Shown: positions 8,144 to 20,584, numbered from the stretch's first letter. The stretch is DNA of 61,729 nt from an uncultured Algimonas sp. (GCA_964610115.1 CAZSUW010000004.1:1-61729); one strand, 5' to 3'. Numbers and translations are program-made. The notes: generated by a model not told the origin, from the sequence alone.

Positions 8144-9829
8144 CTAGGCGGAGTTGTCCTCCGCTTTCGTTTGTCGCGCGATCCGGACCCATTCGATAAG
8201 CGATAGAACGCAGGCGACCCCGCCTAAAGCGGCGCAAATAACAAAGGCCGTTGCGAAGCCGTCTGTTTCAATGATTTGCCCAATGGCCGGACGGCCAAGG
8301 GTACCCAGCAACATAACGAGGCTGACAAGCAACGCATATTGCACGGCGGCGAATTGCTTGTTCACAATGGAAGAGAGGTAAGCGACAGAGGCGGCACTCG
8401 CCAATCCGAGGGCGATGTTTTCCAGCGCGATCACACTGGTCAGGCGTGCCATGCGAATATCCATGCCGAAGGTTTCGAAGAGGTGGTCGATCTGCAGCGC
8501 CATTAGGACAGGGTCCGTATATTTCGCGCCAATAGCCAGGTCGGCAAAAAGAAGATTGGTCACAGCCGCCAGAACCGCCCCGACGAAAAAGACGGGCATG
8601 CGGCCAAAGCGCAACATGGCCAAACCGCCCAAGGCAATACCCGCAATCGTCGCGATAACGCCCATTAGCTTTGACGCGAAACCCACTTCGGTTAGTGTGT
8701 GCCCTAACGCCCCGTAATTCTCGCCCAGATAAAACGGATAGGCAAAGCTGCCCCAGATCAAGTCTGTGAACCGATAGGACAAAACGACGAGAAGCACTAG
8801 AATAGCCGCCCAGCGCAAGCGGCTGATAAGTTCCATCATGGGCACAACAATGGCCCCATAAAGGGAATCTAAAATGGGGGAGGGGGCGCTGCGATGTGCG
8901 GCCCCCTCATTTCGTGCATTCATCCAGACCAATACGCCCGATACGACCCCCAGCCAGATCACTGTTAGCCCCACAACGAGGGGCCCGCGGGTTCGAATAA
9001 AGGTTCGCGCGCTGTTGTTTTCCGGGTCTGACAAAGCCGCGATCATAAAGTCGGCCAGAAGATAAAAGGCAATCGCCCAACCAGCGAGGACGATTAACGT
9101 GGCAATATGGCGTTGGTGCGAGGAAAGGTTAGCGCCGTAAAGAGCGGTATCCTGATCGGCATCGGTTTTGGCCACCGTAGGTTGGGCGAGCCAAATGCCG
9201 ATCGACGTGACCGCCAAGAGCGCCGTGATGGCAAAAAAGGTCGGTCGCCATCCAATTTTATCGGCTAGGATAAGGGCGACGAACCCCCCCATCATCGACG
9301 CGATACGATAACCAAATTGTTCGACGCTGGATAAAATATCGAGATGCGTATCGTCTCGCGCGATTTCGATCCTCCAAGCGGCGAGCACAATATCAAAGCT
9401 GGCCGATGCAATCGCGATCGCGACACTGATCAAAGCAATAATGCCGAGGCTATTGGGTGGATTGGATAGGGAAAGCGCTGCCATGCCGACAACGCCTAAA
9501 GCCAAGAAAATCGCCATCCATCCACGCCGGGGCCCGGTCGCAAAACCAAGCGGTGTGCGCCGGCTTTGTAAGGCAGCGGCCCACATAAATTTAAAAGAAT
9601 AGGCCAGGATAGCCCAACTTAGTAAGCCGATCGCCGTTGGTTTGACGTCAACGGTGGTCAGCCACGCATTCAGGGTTCCGCCCACCGCCGCATAGGGAAG
9701 TCCAGACGCCAGTCCTAATATCAACATCGCCAAAACCTGACGATCTGTAAGTGCCGCTTTCAGGGCGGAGCCTGTGCTGGGGCGAGCCGCTTGAGTGTTG
9801 GTTGTGTTCGCCGTAGCACTATCCGTCAT
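8144..9829 (-). CDS. ampG: AmpG-family muropeptide MFS permease
   Basis: Motifs LGLASGLP, YSFKFMWA, RRGW, ASFDIVLAAWRIE and AVQYALL; many transmembrane segments. Confidence 0.85.
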   Translation of the reverse strand: MTDSATANTTNTQAARPSTGSALKAALTDRQVLAMLILGLASGLPYAAVGGTLNAWLTTVDVKPTAIGLLSWAILAYSFKFMWAAALQSRRTPLGFATGPRRGWMAIFLALGVVGMAALSLSNPPNSLGIIALISVAIAIASASFDIVLAAWRIEIARDDTHLDILSSVEQFGYRIASMMGGFVALILADKIGWRPTFFAITALLAVTSIGIWLAQPTVAKTDADQDTALYGANLSSHQRHIATLIVLAGWAIAFYLLADFMIAALSDPENNSARTFIRTRGPLVVGLTVIWLGVVSGVLVWMNARNEGAAHRSAPSPILDSLYGAIVVPMMELISRLRWAAILVLLVVLSYRFTDLIWGSFAYPFYLGENYGALGHTLTEVGFASKLMGVIATIAGIALGGLAMLRFGRMPVFFVGAVLAAVTNLLFADLAIGAKYTDPVLMALQIDHLFETFGMDIRMARLTSVIALENIALGLASAASVAYLSSIVNKQFAAVQYALLVSLVMLLGTLGRPAIGQIIETDGFATAFVICAALGGVACVLSLIEWVRIARQTKAEDNSA

Positions 9830-9937
9830 GCGAAGTAGCCCTAGTGTACGGACTTGTTATCTCCAAGGCCTAAGCCACAGTTCAAACATTAAGGGTTTCA
9901 AGGATTGCCCTGACATTGCCCCCGTTTCGACGTCAGC

Positions 9938-12667
9938 ATGGCCTTTTCTAATCGGTTTAAGCCTGTCAGTGTAGCGTCCGTGGAAAACCCTGGCGACATA
10001 ACCCAGATCGAGACCAAGGCGGCAACGCAAACGGCGGCCAAGCTCAGCAAGCCAACGCCGATGATGGCGCAATATTTGGCCATTAAGGCCGATGTTGGCG
10101 ATGAAGCCTTACTGTTCTACCGCATGGGTGATTTTTACGAGCTGTTCTTTGATGATGCGGTGCGGGCTTCGGCTGCGCTGGATATTGCGCTGACCAAGCG
10201 CGGAAAACATGCGGGCGAACCCATCCCCATGTGCGGCGTGCCGGTACATGCAGCGGAAGCCTATCTGGCCCGATTGATTAAATCCGGCTTCCGCGTGGCC
10301 GTCTGTGAACAGACAGAGGATCCATCGGAAGCAAAAAAGCGCGGCAGCAAGTCCGTTGTTCGCCGCGAAGTCGTTCGCCTGGTAACGCCGGGCACGCTGT
10401 CAGAAGACACGCTGCTAGACGCCAAAGGGAGCAATATCCTCGCAGCCTTATTTATCGGCCGAATAGGTGACGCCGCGCTGGCCTGGGCGGATATAACTGA
10501 TGGGTCGTTTCAAACCTGCGCCGTGGCCCCTGACGATTTGATGGCGGAGCTTACCGCCTTGCGGCCTTCAGAATTATTATTGTCTGAGTCGCTTTATGCG
10601 GATTGGGCCGATGCGGGTATTGCGCTGACCCCCTTAGCCCCGACGAAGTTTGATCGTCGCGCCAGTGAAGCCTTACTCTCTGATCGTTTCAATGTGGGAT
10701 CATTGGACGGGTTTGGGGATTTTACGGCGGAAGAAATTTGCGCGGCCGGGGCGTTGGTCGATTATGTTGAATTGACCCAAGCCGGGGGTCGTACAGCGCT
10801 TTCAGCACCGCGCCGGGCCTTGCGGTCGGGATGGCTGTCTATTGATGCGGCCACGCGGGCCTCGCTTGAAATTGACCGCACCTTAGCGGGTAAGCGCGTT
10901 GGTAGTTTGCTATCCGTGATCGACAAGACAGTCACAGGGCCCGGTGCGCGTCTTCTGGCGGATCGGTTAAGGCGTCCTCTGACGGACTTGCATACAATCC
11001 GCGCACGGTTGGATGCCGTGCAGCAATTGCATGATGAACCCGCGTTTCGCGCAGAACTTATCGCCGCATTAAAGGGGACGGGCGATGCCGCGCGCAGCTT
11101 GTCGCGCTTGCAGCTGGGTCGTGGCGGTCCGCGTGATCTGTCCACGATTGCGATGGCCATCCAGACCGGTGAAGCGATCATTGCCGATATTGCATCGCGC
11201 CCAGCCTTGGGTCTTACCGCCGAACTGGGGGCGCAATGTCAGACTTTGTCTCTGTCTGACAAAGCTCCGGTCGCCGCTTTTGTGCGTGATCTCTCCAAAG
11301 CGCTGGTCGATGAACCGCCCCTGCAAGCCAGTGCGGGCGGTTTGATCCGCAAAGGTTGGTCAGCTGAAATCGATCGGTTGCGGTCCTTACGCGATGAAAG
11401 TCGCCGATCTATTGCCGCATTGCAGGGGCGTTATGCCAGTCAGACGGGCATTACCTCGCTCAAGATCAAGCATAATAATGTACTGGGTTATCATGTCGAC
11501 GTAACACCTAAACATGCGGACAAATTGCTTGGGCAAGAAGGTTTTATCCACCGCCAAACCCTCGTGTCAGGCGTGCGGTTTACGACGACTGAACTCGCGG
11601 ACCTTGACCGAGAAATCGGCAGTGCGGGGGAGCGTGTTCTGGGTCTGGAATTGGAGGCCTTTGAAGAGTTTCGGCTGCGCGCGGCAGAGCTGGCTGAACC
11701 CATCCGTGCAACGGCTAAAGCTCTGGCGGCGCTAGACGTCTATTCCGGACTGGCGCAGTGGGCGCTCGAAGCGGGCGCGATAAAGCCCAAAGTCGATGAT
11801 AGCCTTGTGCTGAATATCGAACAGGGTCGGCACCCTGTTGTCGAAGCGGCGTTGGCCAAACAGAGCGCGCAGCGTTTTACCCCGAACGATACCGCTTTGG
11901 ATGGTCGTGGCGAAGGCGCCCCGCGTTTGGCGCTGATCACAGGGCCGAATATGGCGGGTAAGTCGACCTATTTGCGACAAAGTGCCTTGATTGTTTTACT
12001 GGCTCAAGCCGGGTCATTTGTTCCGGCAAAGTCTGCCCATATCGGTCTGGTGGATCGCCTGTTCAGCCGGGTCGGGGCGTCTGATGATCTCGCGCGCGGG
12101 CGTTCCACCTTTATGGTTGAAATGATCGAAACCGCTGCAATCCTCAATCAGGGAACAGAACGAAGCTTTGTTATCCTAGACGAAATCGGGCGCGGCACGG
12201 CGACATTTGATGGTCTTTCAATCGCATGGGCGGCGGTGGAACATTTGCATGCCGTGAATAAAGCTCGCGCCTTATTTGCCACCCATTATCATGAATTGAC
12301 CGAGTTGATTGCTGAGTTGGATCATGCCGCCAATTTGTCTCTACGCGCGCGCGAGCATGAAGGCGAGCTTATCTTTTTGCATGATGTTCGCCCAGGCGCT
12401 GCGGATCGGTCTTACGGTATTCAAGTGGCGAAGCTAGCGGGCCTTCCCCCAGCGGCAGTAGAGCGGGCTAAGGCTGTCTTGGCAAAGTTAGAAGCGGAAG
12501 GCGACACAGCGGTTGTGGGCGATCTTCCGCTTTTTTCCGCGACGCCAGCGCAACCAGCACCGCGTGAAATGTCTCAAATTGAGCAGGCTATTCAAGGCCT
12601 GGACCCCGATACTCTGTCGCCTCGAGAGGCACTTGATTTGCTCTATGCGCTGAAAGCAAAGGTGTAG
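9938..12667 (+). CDS. mutS: DNA mismatch repair protein MutS (true start may be slightly downstream)
   Basis: Motifs [50 protein letters not shown] and ATHYHEL. Confidence 0.97.
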   Translation: MAFSNRFKPVSVASVENPGDITQIETKAATQTAAKLSKPTPMMAQYLAIKADVGDEALLFYRMGDFYELFFDDAVRASAALDIALTKRGKHAGEPIPMCGVPVHAAEAYLARLIKSGFRVAVCEQTEDPSEAKKRGSKSVVRREVVRLVTPGTLSEDTLLDAKGSNILAALFIGRIGDAALAWADITDGSFQTCAVAPDDLMAELTALRPSELLLSESLYADWADAGIALTPLAPTKFDRRASEALLSDRFNVGSLDGFGDFTAEEICAAGALVDYVELTQAGGRTALSAPRRALRSGWLSIDAATRASLEIDRTLAGKRVGSLLSVIDKTVTGPGARLLADRLRRPLTDLHTIRARLDAVQQLHDEPAFRAELIAALKGTGDAARSLSRLQLGRGGPRDLSTIAMAIQTGEAIIADIASRPALGLTAELGAQCQTLSLSDKAPVAAFVRDLSKALVDEPPLQASAGGLIRKGWSAEIDRLRSLRDESRRSIAALQGRYASQTGITSLKIKHNNVLGYHVDVTPKHADKLLGQEGFIHRQTLVSGVRFTTTELADLDREIGSAGERVLGLELEAFEEFRLRAAELAEPIRATAKALAALDVYSGLAQWALEAGAIKPKVDDSLVLNIEQGRHPVVEAALAKQSAQRFTPNDTALDGRGEGAPRLALITGPNMAGKSTYLRQSALIVLLAQAGSFVPAKSAHIGLVDRLFSRVGASDDLARGRSTFMVEMIETAAILNQGTERSFVILDEIGRGTATFDGLSIAWAAVEHLHAVNKARALFATHYHELTELIAELDHAANLSLRAREHEGELIFLHDVRPGAADRSYGIQVAKLAGLPPAAVERAKAVLAKLEAEGDTAVVGDLPLFSATPAQPAPREMSQIEQAIQGLDPDTLSPREALDLLYALKAKV

Positions 12668-12669
12668 AC

Positions 12670-15471
12670 ATGGCGAAATCGCCGATCCCAATCCCTGCGC
12701 GCCCGGACGCCCCAACCGCATTTCTAGAGGAGGTGTCTCTTCAGGATAGCCTTTCCGCTATTGCGGATATGCAGGATGCGCGGAGCGCAGCCCTATCAAT
12801 TTTGCGCGGGGCGCTTGAGGATGGCCTTGGGGATGCGCAAGTCCGGTTTGAAGCCGGCCGTCTGGACGGGCTGGAAACAGCGCGCCTGATCAGCGCAGTC
12901 CATGACGTCATCATGCGCGCGATTTGGCGCTTTGCCACAGATCACGTCTTGCCCAATGCAAACCCGTCAGAAAGCGAGCGCATCGCTCTTTGTGCGGTTG
13001 GCGGCTATGGCCGGGGGGAGATGGCGCCCTTTTCGGATCTTGATCTGTTGTTTGTCACGACTGATAAAAAGACGGCGCCTTATGTCGAGCAACTGACAGA
13101 ATATGTCCTCTACATGTTGTGGGATTTGGGCTTTACCGTCGGACATAGCGTACGGACTTCGGATCAGGCGATCCGCCTCGCGAAAGAAGACCAGACCATC
13201 CTCACGGCTATGCTGGATTTACGCTATCTTTGCGGCGATGCGGTGCTCGCAACGGGACTGCATACACGCATTCGACGCGATCTGACCAAAGGCTCTGGAC
13301 GGGACTATATTGCCGGTAAATTGGCTGAACGCGATATGCGACATGCCCGTGAAGGCAATTCTCGCTATGTGATCGAACCGAATATCAAAGACGGCAAGGG
13401 CGGTCTGCGTGACCTTCATGTGCTTTATTGGATCGCGCGTTTTTTGGACACAGACGGTGTCGTCAATGATCCACAAGACATGGCGGGCTATGTGGCGATG
13501 GATTTATTCGATGAAAACGCAGCGCAGCGTTTCGCAAGGGCTGCGGATTTCCTCTGGCGCGCACGGCATCATTTGCACTGGATTTCCGGCCGGGCGACGG
13601 AGGCTCTGTCATTTGATCGCCAAGTCGCCCTCTGTCGGGTCATGGGGTATGCGTCCGGTCCTGTCGAGATCGCGGTAGAACGGTTCATGCGCGAATATTT
13701 TACCAATGCCAAAGAGGTTGGCGCGCTGACCCGCATTGCGTGTGCTCGACTGGAAGCCCGGCGCGCGGTGAAGATATCCAATCTGTTTCCCTTCTTGCCG
13801 GGGATGCGCAGAAATTTGAAGAACCCCGCGCTAAAGATTGAAACGGGGCGTCTTACATTTCGTGATCCGTTGACGATAAAAGAAAACCCGTCTGTCATCT
13901 TGGAGTTGTTCGAAACGGCGGGTCGGCGTAATCTTGATATTCATCCGGACGCCCTGCAAGCGATCGATTATCGGAGTAATCTGATCGATGCAGATTTCCG
14001 CCGCGATCCGGCCAATGCGGCGATTTTTATGCGGCTCCTCAGAACCGCCAAAGCGCCTTATGCGACGCTGAAGCTCATGAATGAAGCAGGGGTTTTGGGC
14101 CGCTACCTGACAGAGTTTGGCGGGATTGTGGCGCGCACCCAATTCAACATGCACCACGCCTATACAGTCGATGAGCATACGCTGCGTCTCGTTTCGGAGG
14201 CGGATGATCTGATGGACGGTCGGGACCCATCGGCGAAATTGCCTATGGCGACTGAAGTTGCTCACGGTCTCAAGCCGGAGCAGCGTTTGACACTCATGCT
14301 GGCCTGTCTGCTGCACGATACGGGCAAGGGTCAGGGCGATCAGTGTATTGAAGGCGCGCAGCTGTCCCGGCGGGCCTGTCGCCGTCTGGGCATGAGTAAA
14401 GAGGTGACGGATACAGTCGCCTGGTTGGTGCGCTCTCACCTGTCTATGAGCGAGACCGCACAGCGCCGCGATATTTCCGATCCGGATACGATTGCGGAAT
14501 TTGCCGAATTGGTGGGCAATGAAGCCCGGCTTGATCTGCTTTATATTCTGACTGTTGCTGATATACGTTCCGTCGGTCCTGGCGTGTGGAATGATTGGAA
14601 AGGCACATTATTGCGCGGGCTTTACGTCGCGACACGCGATTATTTGCAAGGCGCGCCAGAGCTGGATCGTACGGCGCGCGCAGCCACGATTGCCGAACAG
14701 GTCGAAGATAAATTGCCCGTCAAAATGGCGGGGCGTCTGGGCCCGCTTTTTGATCGCCTGGGCCCGTCTTATTGGCTGGCGTTTGATATGTCGGACCTGC
14801 TGCGCCATGCGCGCTTTTTTGATGGTTTAATTGAAACTGGCCAAGATATGGGCGTCCAAATCCGTGTCGATAGGGCGCATGATGCGACGGAAGTCTGGTG
14901 CTTGGGTTGGGATCGTCTTGGCCTGTTTGCCGATTTGTCCCGCGCGATCGCGTCTTGCGGTGGCAGTGTCGCGGGGGCGCGACTGCACACAGGGCCGCTC
15001 AATGATGAAGGGCGCGCGCGGATCATGAACGTTTTCTATCTACAAAATGCTGATGGTAAGGCATTTGGCGCGGACAATGAACGCATGCGCGATATGCTCG
15101 TGCAACGGGCTTTAAAAGCCATGACGGAGGGGACACAAGGCATGTTCATCGCCGATCCGCGTCACTCTCGCCGCGTCGAAGCCATCCCTGTCCGGTCGCG
15201 CGTCCGCTTCATTGAGGCCCCGCAAGACGGCAGCATGATCATCGAAGTGGAAGGACGGGATCGTCCTGGTTTATTGGCCGCACTCGCCGTGGTGCTGCGC
15301 GATGCTAATATCGATGTCACTTCCGCGCATATTGAAGGGATTGGCAGCAAGGCGGTTGACGCTTTCTATGTTCGGTCCACTGACCCTTTGGCGTTTAGTG
15401 AGGCAGCGCGTAGGCAATTAAAGACCGCCTTATCAGACGCGCTACGCGGTCCCGTTAAAGACGCGGCCTAA
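12670..15471 (+). CDS. glnD: [Protein-PII] uridylyltransferase
   Basis: AVGGYGRGEMAPFSDLDLL, EPNIKDGKGGLRD, HAYTVDEH, an HD domain (LLHD) and two C-terminal ACT domains. Confidence 0.97.
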   Translation: MAKSPIPIPARPDAPTAFLEEVSLQDSLSAIADMQDARSAALSILRGALEDGLGDAQVRFEAGRLDGLETARLISAVHDVIMRAIWRFATDHVLPNANPSESERIALCAVGGYGRGEMAPFSDLDLLFVTTDKKTAPYVEQLTEYVLYMLWDLGFTVGHSVRTSDQAIRLAKEDQTILTAMLDLRYLCGDAVLATGLHTRIRRDLTKGSGRDYIAGKLAERDMRHAREGNSRYVIEPNIKDGKGGLRDLHVLYWIARFLDTDGVVNDPQDMAGYVAMDLFDENAAQRFARAADFLWRARHHLHWISGRATEALSFDRQVALCRVMGYASGPVEIAVERFMREYFTNAKEVGALTRIACARLEARRAVKISNLFPFLPGMRRNLKNPALKIETGRLTFRDPLTIKENPSVILELFETAGRRNLDIHPDALQAIDYRSNLIDADFRRDPANAAIFMRLLRTAKAPYATLKLMNEAGVLGRYLTEFGGIVARTQFNMHHAYTVDEHTLRLVSEADDLMDGRDPSAKLPMATEVAHGLKPEQRLTLMLACLLHDTGKGQGDQCIEGAQLSRRACRRLGMSKEVTDTVAWLVRSHLSMSETAQRRDISDPDTIAEFAELVGNEARLDLLYILTVADIRSVGPGVWNDWKGTLLRGLYVATRDYLQGAPELDRTARAATIAEQVEDKLPVKMAGRLGPLFDRLGPSYWLAFDMSDLLRHARFFDGLIETGQDMGVQIRVDRAHDATEVWCLGWDRLGLFADLSRAIASCGGSVAGARLHTGPLNDEGRARIMNVFYLQNADGKAFGADNERMRDMLVQRALKAMTEGTQGMFIADPRHSRRVEAIPVRSRVRFIEAPQDGSMIIEVEGRDRPGLLAALAVVLRDANIDVTSAHIEGIGSKAVDAFYVRSTDPLAFSEAARRQLKTALSDALRGPVKDAA

Positions 15472-15498
15472 GCGAGCGGCTGGACAGGACGGGCAGCG

Positions 15499-17064
15499 AT
15501 GCGATTGCTTAAATCCACTGCGATTATTGCCTCTCTGACATTGGTCAGCCGGGTCATGGGTTTAGTGCGCGATATGCTTATCGCGCGCTACCTCGGCGCG
15601 GGCGGGGTCTCTGACGCTTTTTTCACGGCGTTCAAATTGCCGAATGTTTTTCGGCGCATGTTCGCCGAAGGCGCGTTTAATGCGGCCTTTGTTCCACTCT
15701 ATGCAAAACGGATAGAACAAAACGGCGAAGAGGCCGCCGATGAGTTCGCTTCGGACGCCGCAAGTGCTTTGTTTTCAGTTGTCGCAATTCTTGTCACCGC
15801 TTTCATGCTGACCATGCCGATTAGTTTGAATATCATCGGTTTTGGTTTGGGCCGCGCTGTCGGACCGGACGGTGTCTCGCCCTATCGTCTGGCCGTTCTC
15901 TATGCGCTGCTGACCATGCCTTACTTGCTGTTTATGAGCCTGACCGCGCTTTTCTCGGGCGTGCTGAATACGCGCGGGAAATTCGCATTGGCCGCCGGTG
16001 TGCCGATTTTGCTGAATATCTGCATGATCACCGCGCTGCTGGTCGCACCTGCTTTGGGCTATGGTCAGCGGGAAATCGGCTTGGGCTTGTCTGCGGCGAT
16101 TACGTTTTCAGGGCTGCTGCAGGCAGGGGCTGTCATATGGGGCGCAAAAGCGGCCGGGATGCGCCTCACGTTGAAACGTCCGCGATTAACGCCCGGTGTG
16201 AAGCGCCTTGTTGTTTTGGGCATTCCCGGGATTATCAGCGCGGGTATTACACAGATCAATTTACTGGTCAGTCACCTGATTGCGACATTTCAAGATAGTG
16301 CCGCCAGTTGGCTGACTTATGCAGATCGTCTCTATCAGTTACCGCTCGGTATGATTGGCATTGCAATGGGCGTCGCGCTTTTGCCGAGCCTGTCGCGGAG
16401 TCTGCGAGCCGGCGAGGGCGATGCAGCGATGCGGTCTATGAACCGCGCGGTTGAACTGTCCATGCTGTTTACGTTGCCCGCGTCCGTTGCGCTGTTCATT
16501 ATCCCGGATCTCTTGATTGCAGGGCTGTATCAACGCGGCGCCTTTACGGCGGAGACAACCCTGCAAGTGGCCAAAGCGCTTAAGTTTTTTGCGCTTGGTT
16601 TGCCGGCTTTTGTCTTGCTCAAGGTCCTGACACCCGCCTTTTTCGCGCGAGAAAATACGAAAACACCGATGATCTGGGCCGGGGTTAGCGCGGTGATCAA
16701 TGTTGCTCTCGGTTTTACGTTGTTTCAGACAATCGGGTTTCAGGGTTTGGCCTTGGCCACGACGATTGCGGCCTGGGTTAATGTGATCGGATTGGGCGTG
16801 ATCCTTATCCAGAAAAATCATTTTGTGATGGACCGCCGTCTAATCACGCGCCTTCCGCGTGTTGCTATCGCCGCAGCTTTGATGGGCGCGGCCTTAGCGT
16901 GGGGTGCGCGCTATGCGCCGGACTTTGGCAGTCTGCCAGTGCTGGCGGACATTGCGGCTCTTTTGGTAATTTGTGGTGCGGGCGCATTGGTGTTCATGGT
17001 TGCCGCGAGCGCTTTGCGGGCCTATGGCCTCGCCGACTTAAAAGACGCATTCCGGAAATCATGA
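15499..17064 (+). CDS. murJ: Lipid II flippase MurJ
   Basis: Motifs [32 protein letters not shown] and [11 protein letters not shown]. Confidence 0.96.
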   Translation: MRLLKSTAIIASLTLVSRVMGLVRDMLIARYLGAGGVSDAFFTAFKLPNVFRRMFAEGAFNAAFVPLYAKRIEQNGEEAADEFASDAASALFSVVAILVTAFMLTMPISLNIIGFGLGRAVGPDGVSPYRLAVLYALLTMPYLLFMSLTALFSGVLNTRGKFALAAGVPILLNICMITALLVAPALGYGQREIGLGLSAAITFSGLLQAGAVIWGAKAAGMRLTLKRPRLTPGVKRLVVLGIPGIISAGITQINLLVSHLIATFQDSAASWLTYADRLYQLPLGMIGIAMGVALLPSLSRSLRAGEGDAAMRSMNRAVELSMLFTLPASVALFIIPDLLIAGLYQRGAFTAETTLQVAKALKFFALGLPAFVLLKVLTPAFFARENTKTPMIWAGVSAVINVALGFTLFQTIGFQGLALATTIAAWVNVIGLGVILIQKNHFVMDRRLITRLPRVAIAAALMGAALAWGARYAPDFGSLPVLADIAALLVICGAGALVFMVAASALRAYGLADLKDAFRKS

Positions 17065-18098
17065 CAGATACCCCTAAACATTCCCCGCGCGTATTTTCCG
17101 GTGTGCAGCCGACAGGAGCGCTTCATCTGGGCAATTATCTGGGCGCGTTGAAAAAATTCGCCGCCCTGCAGCATGAGCATGACTGCTTATTCTGCATCGT
17201 CGATTTGCACGCGATCACCGTCCCGCAGGAACCGGGCAAACTGGCCGATCAGTCCCGACATATTGCGGCGGCCTTTCTGGCGGCGGGCGTCGATCCGGAT
17301 AAAGCCCTTGTCTATGCGCAATCCGCCGTTCCCGCCCATACGGAATTGGCGTGGTACTTTAACTGCGTGGCGCGCATGGGCTGGTTGCAGCGCATGACGC
17401 AGTTTAAGGACAAGGCCGGCAAAAATGCCGAAGCAATGAGTGTGGGCCTGTTCGACTATCCGGTCTTACAAGCCGCCGACATCCTCGCCTTCAAGGCCAC
17501 GCATGTGCCGGTTGGCGAAGATCAAAAACAGCATCTTGAACTGTCCCGCGATATTGCAGCGAAGTTTAATCGCGATTTCGGCGAACCCGCGGGCGAACCT
17601 GACTTTTTCCCTCTGCCAGATCCGTTGATCGAAGGGCCGGGCGCGCGTGTGATGAGCTTGCGCGATGGCACAAAGAAGATGTCCAAATCTGATCCGTCTG
17701 ATGCGTCGCGCCTAAACCTGACGGACACACCCGAACAAATTGCCAAGAAAATCCGCAAGGCGAAGACGGATACGGGCGGTGTGCCGGGGGAAATGGACGG
17801 CCTTGAGGGGCGTCCGGATATTGCCAATCTCGTCGGGATTTACGCTGCGCTGGCGGATATGTCTGACGAGGCTGTGTTAGCTCAACATGCCGGTAGTCAG
17901 TTCGGGCCGTTTAAAGCCGCTTTGGCCGATGTCGCTGTGGAGGCGCTTCGCCCTGTTGGTGAGTTGATGCGTCGCTATCTCGCAGACCCAGAAGAGTTGG
18001 ATCGTATTATGGGACGGTCGGCTGATGCGGCGAAAGCGATCAGCGAACCCATCATGGCGGATGTCCGCCGCATTATCGGTTTTCATGGGAGTGCTTAA
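17061..18098 (+). CDS. trpS: Tryptophan-tRNA ligase
   Basis: [26 protein letters not shown] and KMSKS; ATGA overlap with murJ. Confidence 0.97.
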   Translation: MTDTPKHSPRVFSGVQPTGALHLGNYLGALKKFAALQHEHDCLFCIVDLHAITVPQEPGKLADQSRHIAAAFLAAGVDPDKALVYAQSAVPAHTELAWYFNCVARMGWLQRMTQFKDKAGKNAEAMSVGLFDYPVLQAADILAFKATHVPVGEDQKQHLELSRDIAAKFNRDFGEPAGEPDFFPLPDPLIEGPGARVMSLRDGTKKMSKSDPSDASRLNLTDTPEQIAKKIRKAKTDTGGVPGEMDGLEGRPDIANLVGIYAALADMSDEAVLAQHAGSQFGPFKAALADVAVEALRPVGELMRRYLADPEELDRIMGRSADAAKAISEPIMADVRRIIGFHGSA

Positions 18099-18584
18099 GT
18101 GAATCCTCAATTCCTCACCCTTATCCTTGCCGCAACGATTGGGCTTTCGGCCTGCAGTGAGGCTCAGGTCAATTCCGTCAGTGACAATGGCGCGTCCGTC
18201 GACGCCACGGCTTCGGGACCCGTACCGACGGTTTCGATCAATGACGCATATGTCCTTAAACCGCTTAAGGGTCGTGATGTGACGGCGGGTTTTTTCGAGG
18301 TCAATGGCGGCGATATTGATGCGAAACTCGTTTCCGCGTCGAGCCCGTTCGTCGACACAATCGAGTTGCACACGCACACAATGGATAAGGGTGTGATGCA
18401 GATGCGTAAGGTGGACGCCATTGAAATTCCTGCGGGAGAAACCGTCTACTTCAAGCCCGGAGGCTTGCACCTCATGTTGTTTGGCACACGGTTTGCCGAC
18501 GATCAGAACGCCATGCCCGTGACACTCGTGTTTGAAGACGGCAGCACGACGGAGCTGTCCATGCCATTACGCGACCGGAGCTAA
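18099..18584 (+). CDS. Periplasmic copper chaperone PCu(A)C, lipoprotein
   Basis: Lipobox LSAC; ELHTHTMDKGVMQMR and PGGLHLML. Confidence 0.9.
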   Translation: MNPQFLTLILAATIGLSACSEAQVNSVSDNGASVDATASGPVPTVSINDAYVLKPLKGRDVTAGFFEVNGGDIDAKLVSASSPFVDTIELHTHTMDKGVMQMRKVDAIEIPAGETVYFKPGGLHLMLFGTRFADDQNAMPVTLVFEDGSTTELSMPLRDRS

Positions 18585-19538
18585 TCAGTCTTCAGCGGGC
18601 AATGCGACAAAATCCGAAGCATCAGCGTTTAATGTTCCAAGCGCGTCTCTTAAATTTTTCAGCCGGATTTCAATCGGGGGATGGGTCTGGCTGAAGCTCT
18701 GACTTTGTCTATGCGCCTCGACGCCGGTTTCCCAGCCTGCAACTGTGCCTGTGACGTCAAAACCCGCATTTTGCATTAGGATGAGGGCGTCTTTATCGGC
18801 CTGCAATTCTACGGCCCAACTCGGCGCGCTGTGGCCGCGAATGACATGCGCCATTTCGTGGGCGATAATGAAAGCCAGCGCGCTATCGTCCCCGACCTGT
18901 TCTATCAAGGTTGTCGAGAGTTCGATCTCGACCCCGTCTGTGCTCGCATTCGGGCGCTCGTTAGGGATGACAAAAGCCGGAATATCGCAGGCGGTTTCAG
19001 CGGCGTGTTCGAGTTGAAACAAGGCCTCACCGCTATCCAAGATTAACGGGCGCCCCGCCGAAAGGGGCCAGCCGGATACGACGCGATCGCCAGAGCGGGC
19101 TCCGGCCAGATCCGCCGGGGAGCCGGGAACGACGGCTCGCACATAGTCCCCCTCTTCGCCTAAGGGCAAAAAATACAAGGCCAGAGTCCGTAATCCTTCG
19201 GGGTAGTCAGATAAGCTGTGTGTTGTCAGGCCAAGATCGGGCCGGGTCAGATCACACAGAGGCGCATTGGCGACCCGTAAGGCCCGGCTAATCCGTTCCA
19301 CACGGGCGCTCATATTTAGGTGCCGGGCGAGGATCTCGCCAAAGGTCGCATAACCCTCATCCTCTGAAAGGGTCGCGTCTATGCTCTCTACCTTCTCTTC
19401 AGACGATATTTTGAGCGGCGTATCCTCGGTCTGCGCAGGGGCGTCTGAACATGCGGCGATCGTGCACAAGGCATAGAAACAGATCGCAAGCCTGAGCCTA
19501 AGCACCGGGTTTGGCGTCTGTTTTGAAATTCGGGACAA
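18585..19538 (-). CDS. M48-family metallopeptidase with PDZ-like insert (start uncertain)
   Basis: AHEMAH, ELQAD, THP and PGSPADLAG; lipobox-like IAAC. Confidence 0.8.
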   Translation of the reverse strand: MSRISKQTPNPVLRLRLAICFYALCTIAACSDAPAQTEDTPLKISSEEKVESIDATLSEDEGYATFGEILARHLNMSARVERISRALRVANAPLCDLTRPDLGLTTHSLSDYPEGLRTLALYFLPLGEEGDYVRAVVPGSPADLAGARSGDRVVSGWPLSAGRPLILDSGEALFQLEHAAETACDIPAFVIPNERPNASTDGVEIELSTTLIEQVGDDSALAFIIAHEMAHVIRGHSAPSWAVELQADKDALILMQNAGFDVTGTVAGWETGVEAHRQSQSFSQTHPPIEIRLKNLRDALGTLNADASDFVALPAED

Positions 19539-20478
19539 GGGGGTCGCCCGCCGCTTGTTTGGCTTCTATTTCGTTGCGCGTTGCGGCTAGTCGTAAATAA
19601 CGATCGGGAAAGGTCGGGTGGGTCTTTGCACGGTTTACAGAGCGCGGATTTACTTCGGCCAAGCGTCGCCAGAAGTCTTCAACCCCTGCCGGATCATATC
19701 CAGCGCGGACCATATAATAGAGGCCGACATAATCGGCTTCGCTCTCAAATGGGCGTGTGTAGCGGGTGGAAAAGCCGGATAGAATGTAATTGCCGACAAC
19801 TTTGCGAATATGGCCCATCATATTGTGGGCGAGTTCATGGCCAACGATCAGCGCAAGCTCGTTATCATCCCGCACAAAATCCATCATGCCCGTTGTGATC
19901 GTAATATGGCGTCCATCCGCATAGGCATTTATCGCGCTACTAGGCTTTAGGCGCAGGCGTGAGGCGCACACCGTTTCTGGTGTTAAAGTGACGGATCGCG
20001 TTCGGCCTTTGCTGGCGATTTGCAAAGTGACCGGTCCGTCAACTTGTTCGTTTAGCCATTCCCGCAGCGTTTTTGCCGAAGCCGCGTCTTCGTCAATCAG
20101 GATTGTTTCTCCGGCTTTGAGGCCGGCACGGTCAGCGGGGCTGTTGGGGGCGATTTTGTAAATTGTCGGGGCCTCACTGGCGCCCAGTTCGCGGGCGGCC
20201 GCTGTGCGCAATTCTTTGGCATAGCTTTTTCGGCTGTGTATCATGACGCCCAGGTCCGGCCGGGTCTTGGGGCAGAGCTCCGCATTGGCAAGCAGGACGG
20301 GCCGCGCGACGTGCAACAGGCGCTCCGCGTGGGCGTCTTGTGTGGCCAGGGCGCGGGCTTCTTGCGTAATGGCTTCGGCGCGCAAATCAGGCGGGCTTAT
20401 ATCCGGCAAGCGTGTCGCCGTGCCCGCACAAGAGGCAAGCGTGCCTAGCGCGAATAGGGCTGTGAGTCTCCGCCACAT
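19498..20478 (-). CDS. M48-family metallopeptidase with PDZ-like insert, lipoprotein
   Basis: Lipobox LASC; INAYA, GHELAH, ESEADYVG, THP and NSPADRAGL. Confidence 0.9.
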   Translation of the reverse strand: MWRRLTALFALGTLASCAGTATRLPDISPPDLRAEAITQEARALATQDAHAERLLHVARPVLLANAELCPKTRPDLGVMIHSRKSYAKELRTAAARELGASEAPTIYKIAPNSPADRAGLKAGETILIDEDAASAKTLREWLNEQVDGPVTLQIASKGRTRSVTLTPETVCASRLRLKPSSAINAYADGRHITITTGMMDFVRDDNELALIVGHELAHNMMGHIRKVVGNYILSGFSTRYTRPFESEADYVGLYYMVRAGYDPAGVEDFWRRLAEVNPRSVNRAKTHPTFPDRYLRLAATRNEIEAKQAAGDPLVPNFKTDAKPGA

Positions 20479-20584
20479 AAGCCTAACATGCGGAAAGGAC
20501 AGTCTGGGTCAAATGAAAGTCTGAAAAACCTCACTTTTGTTACCGCACGATTACGTTAGGAACGACAGAAGTTTCACGCTCTGA

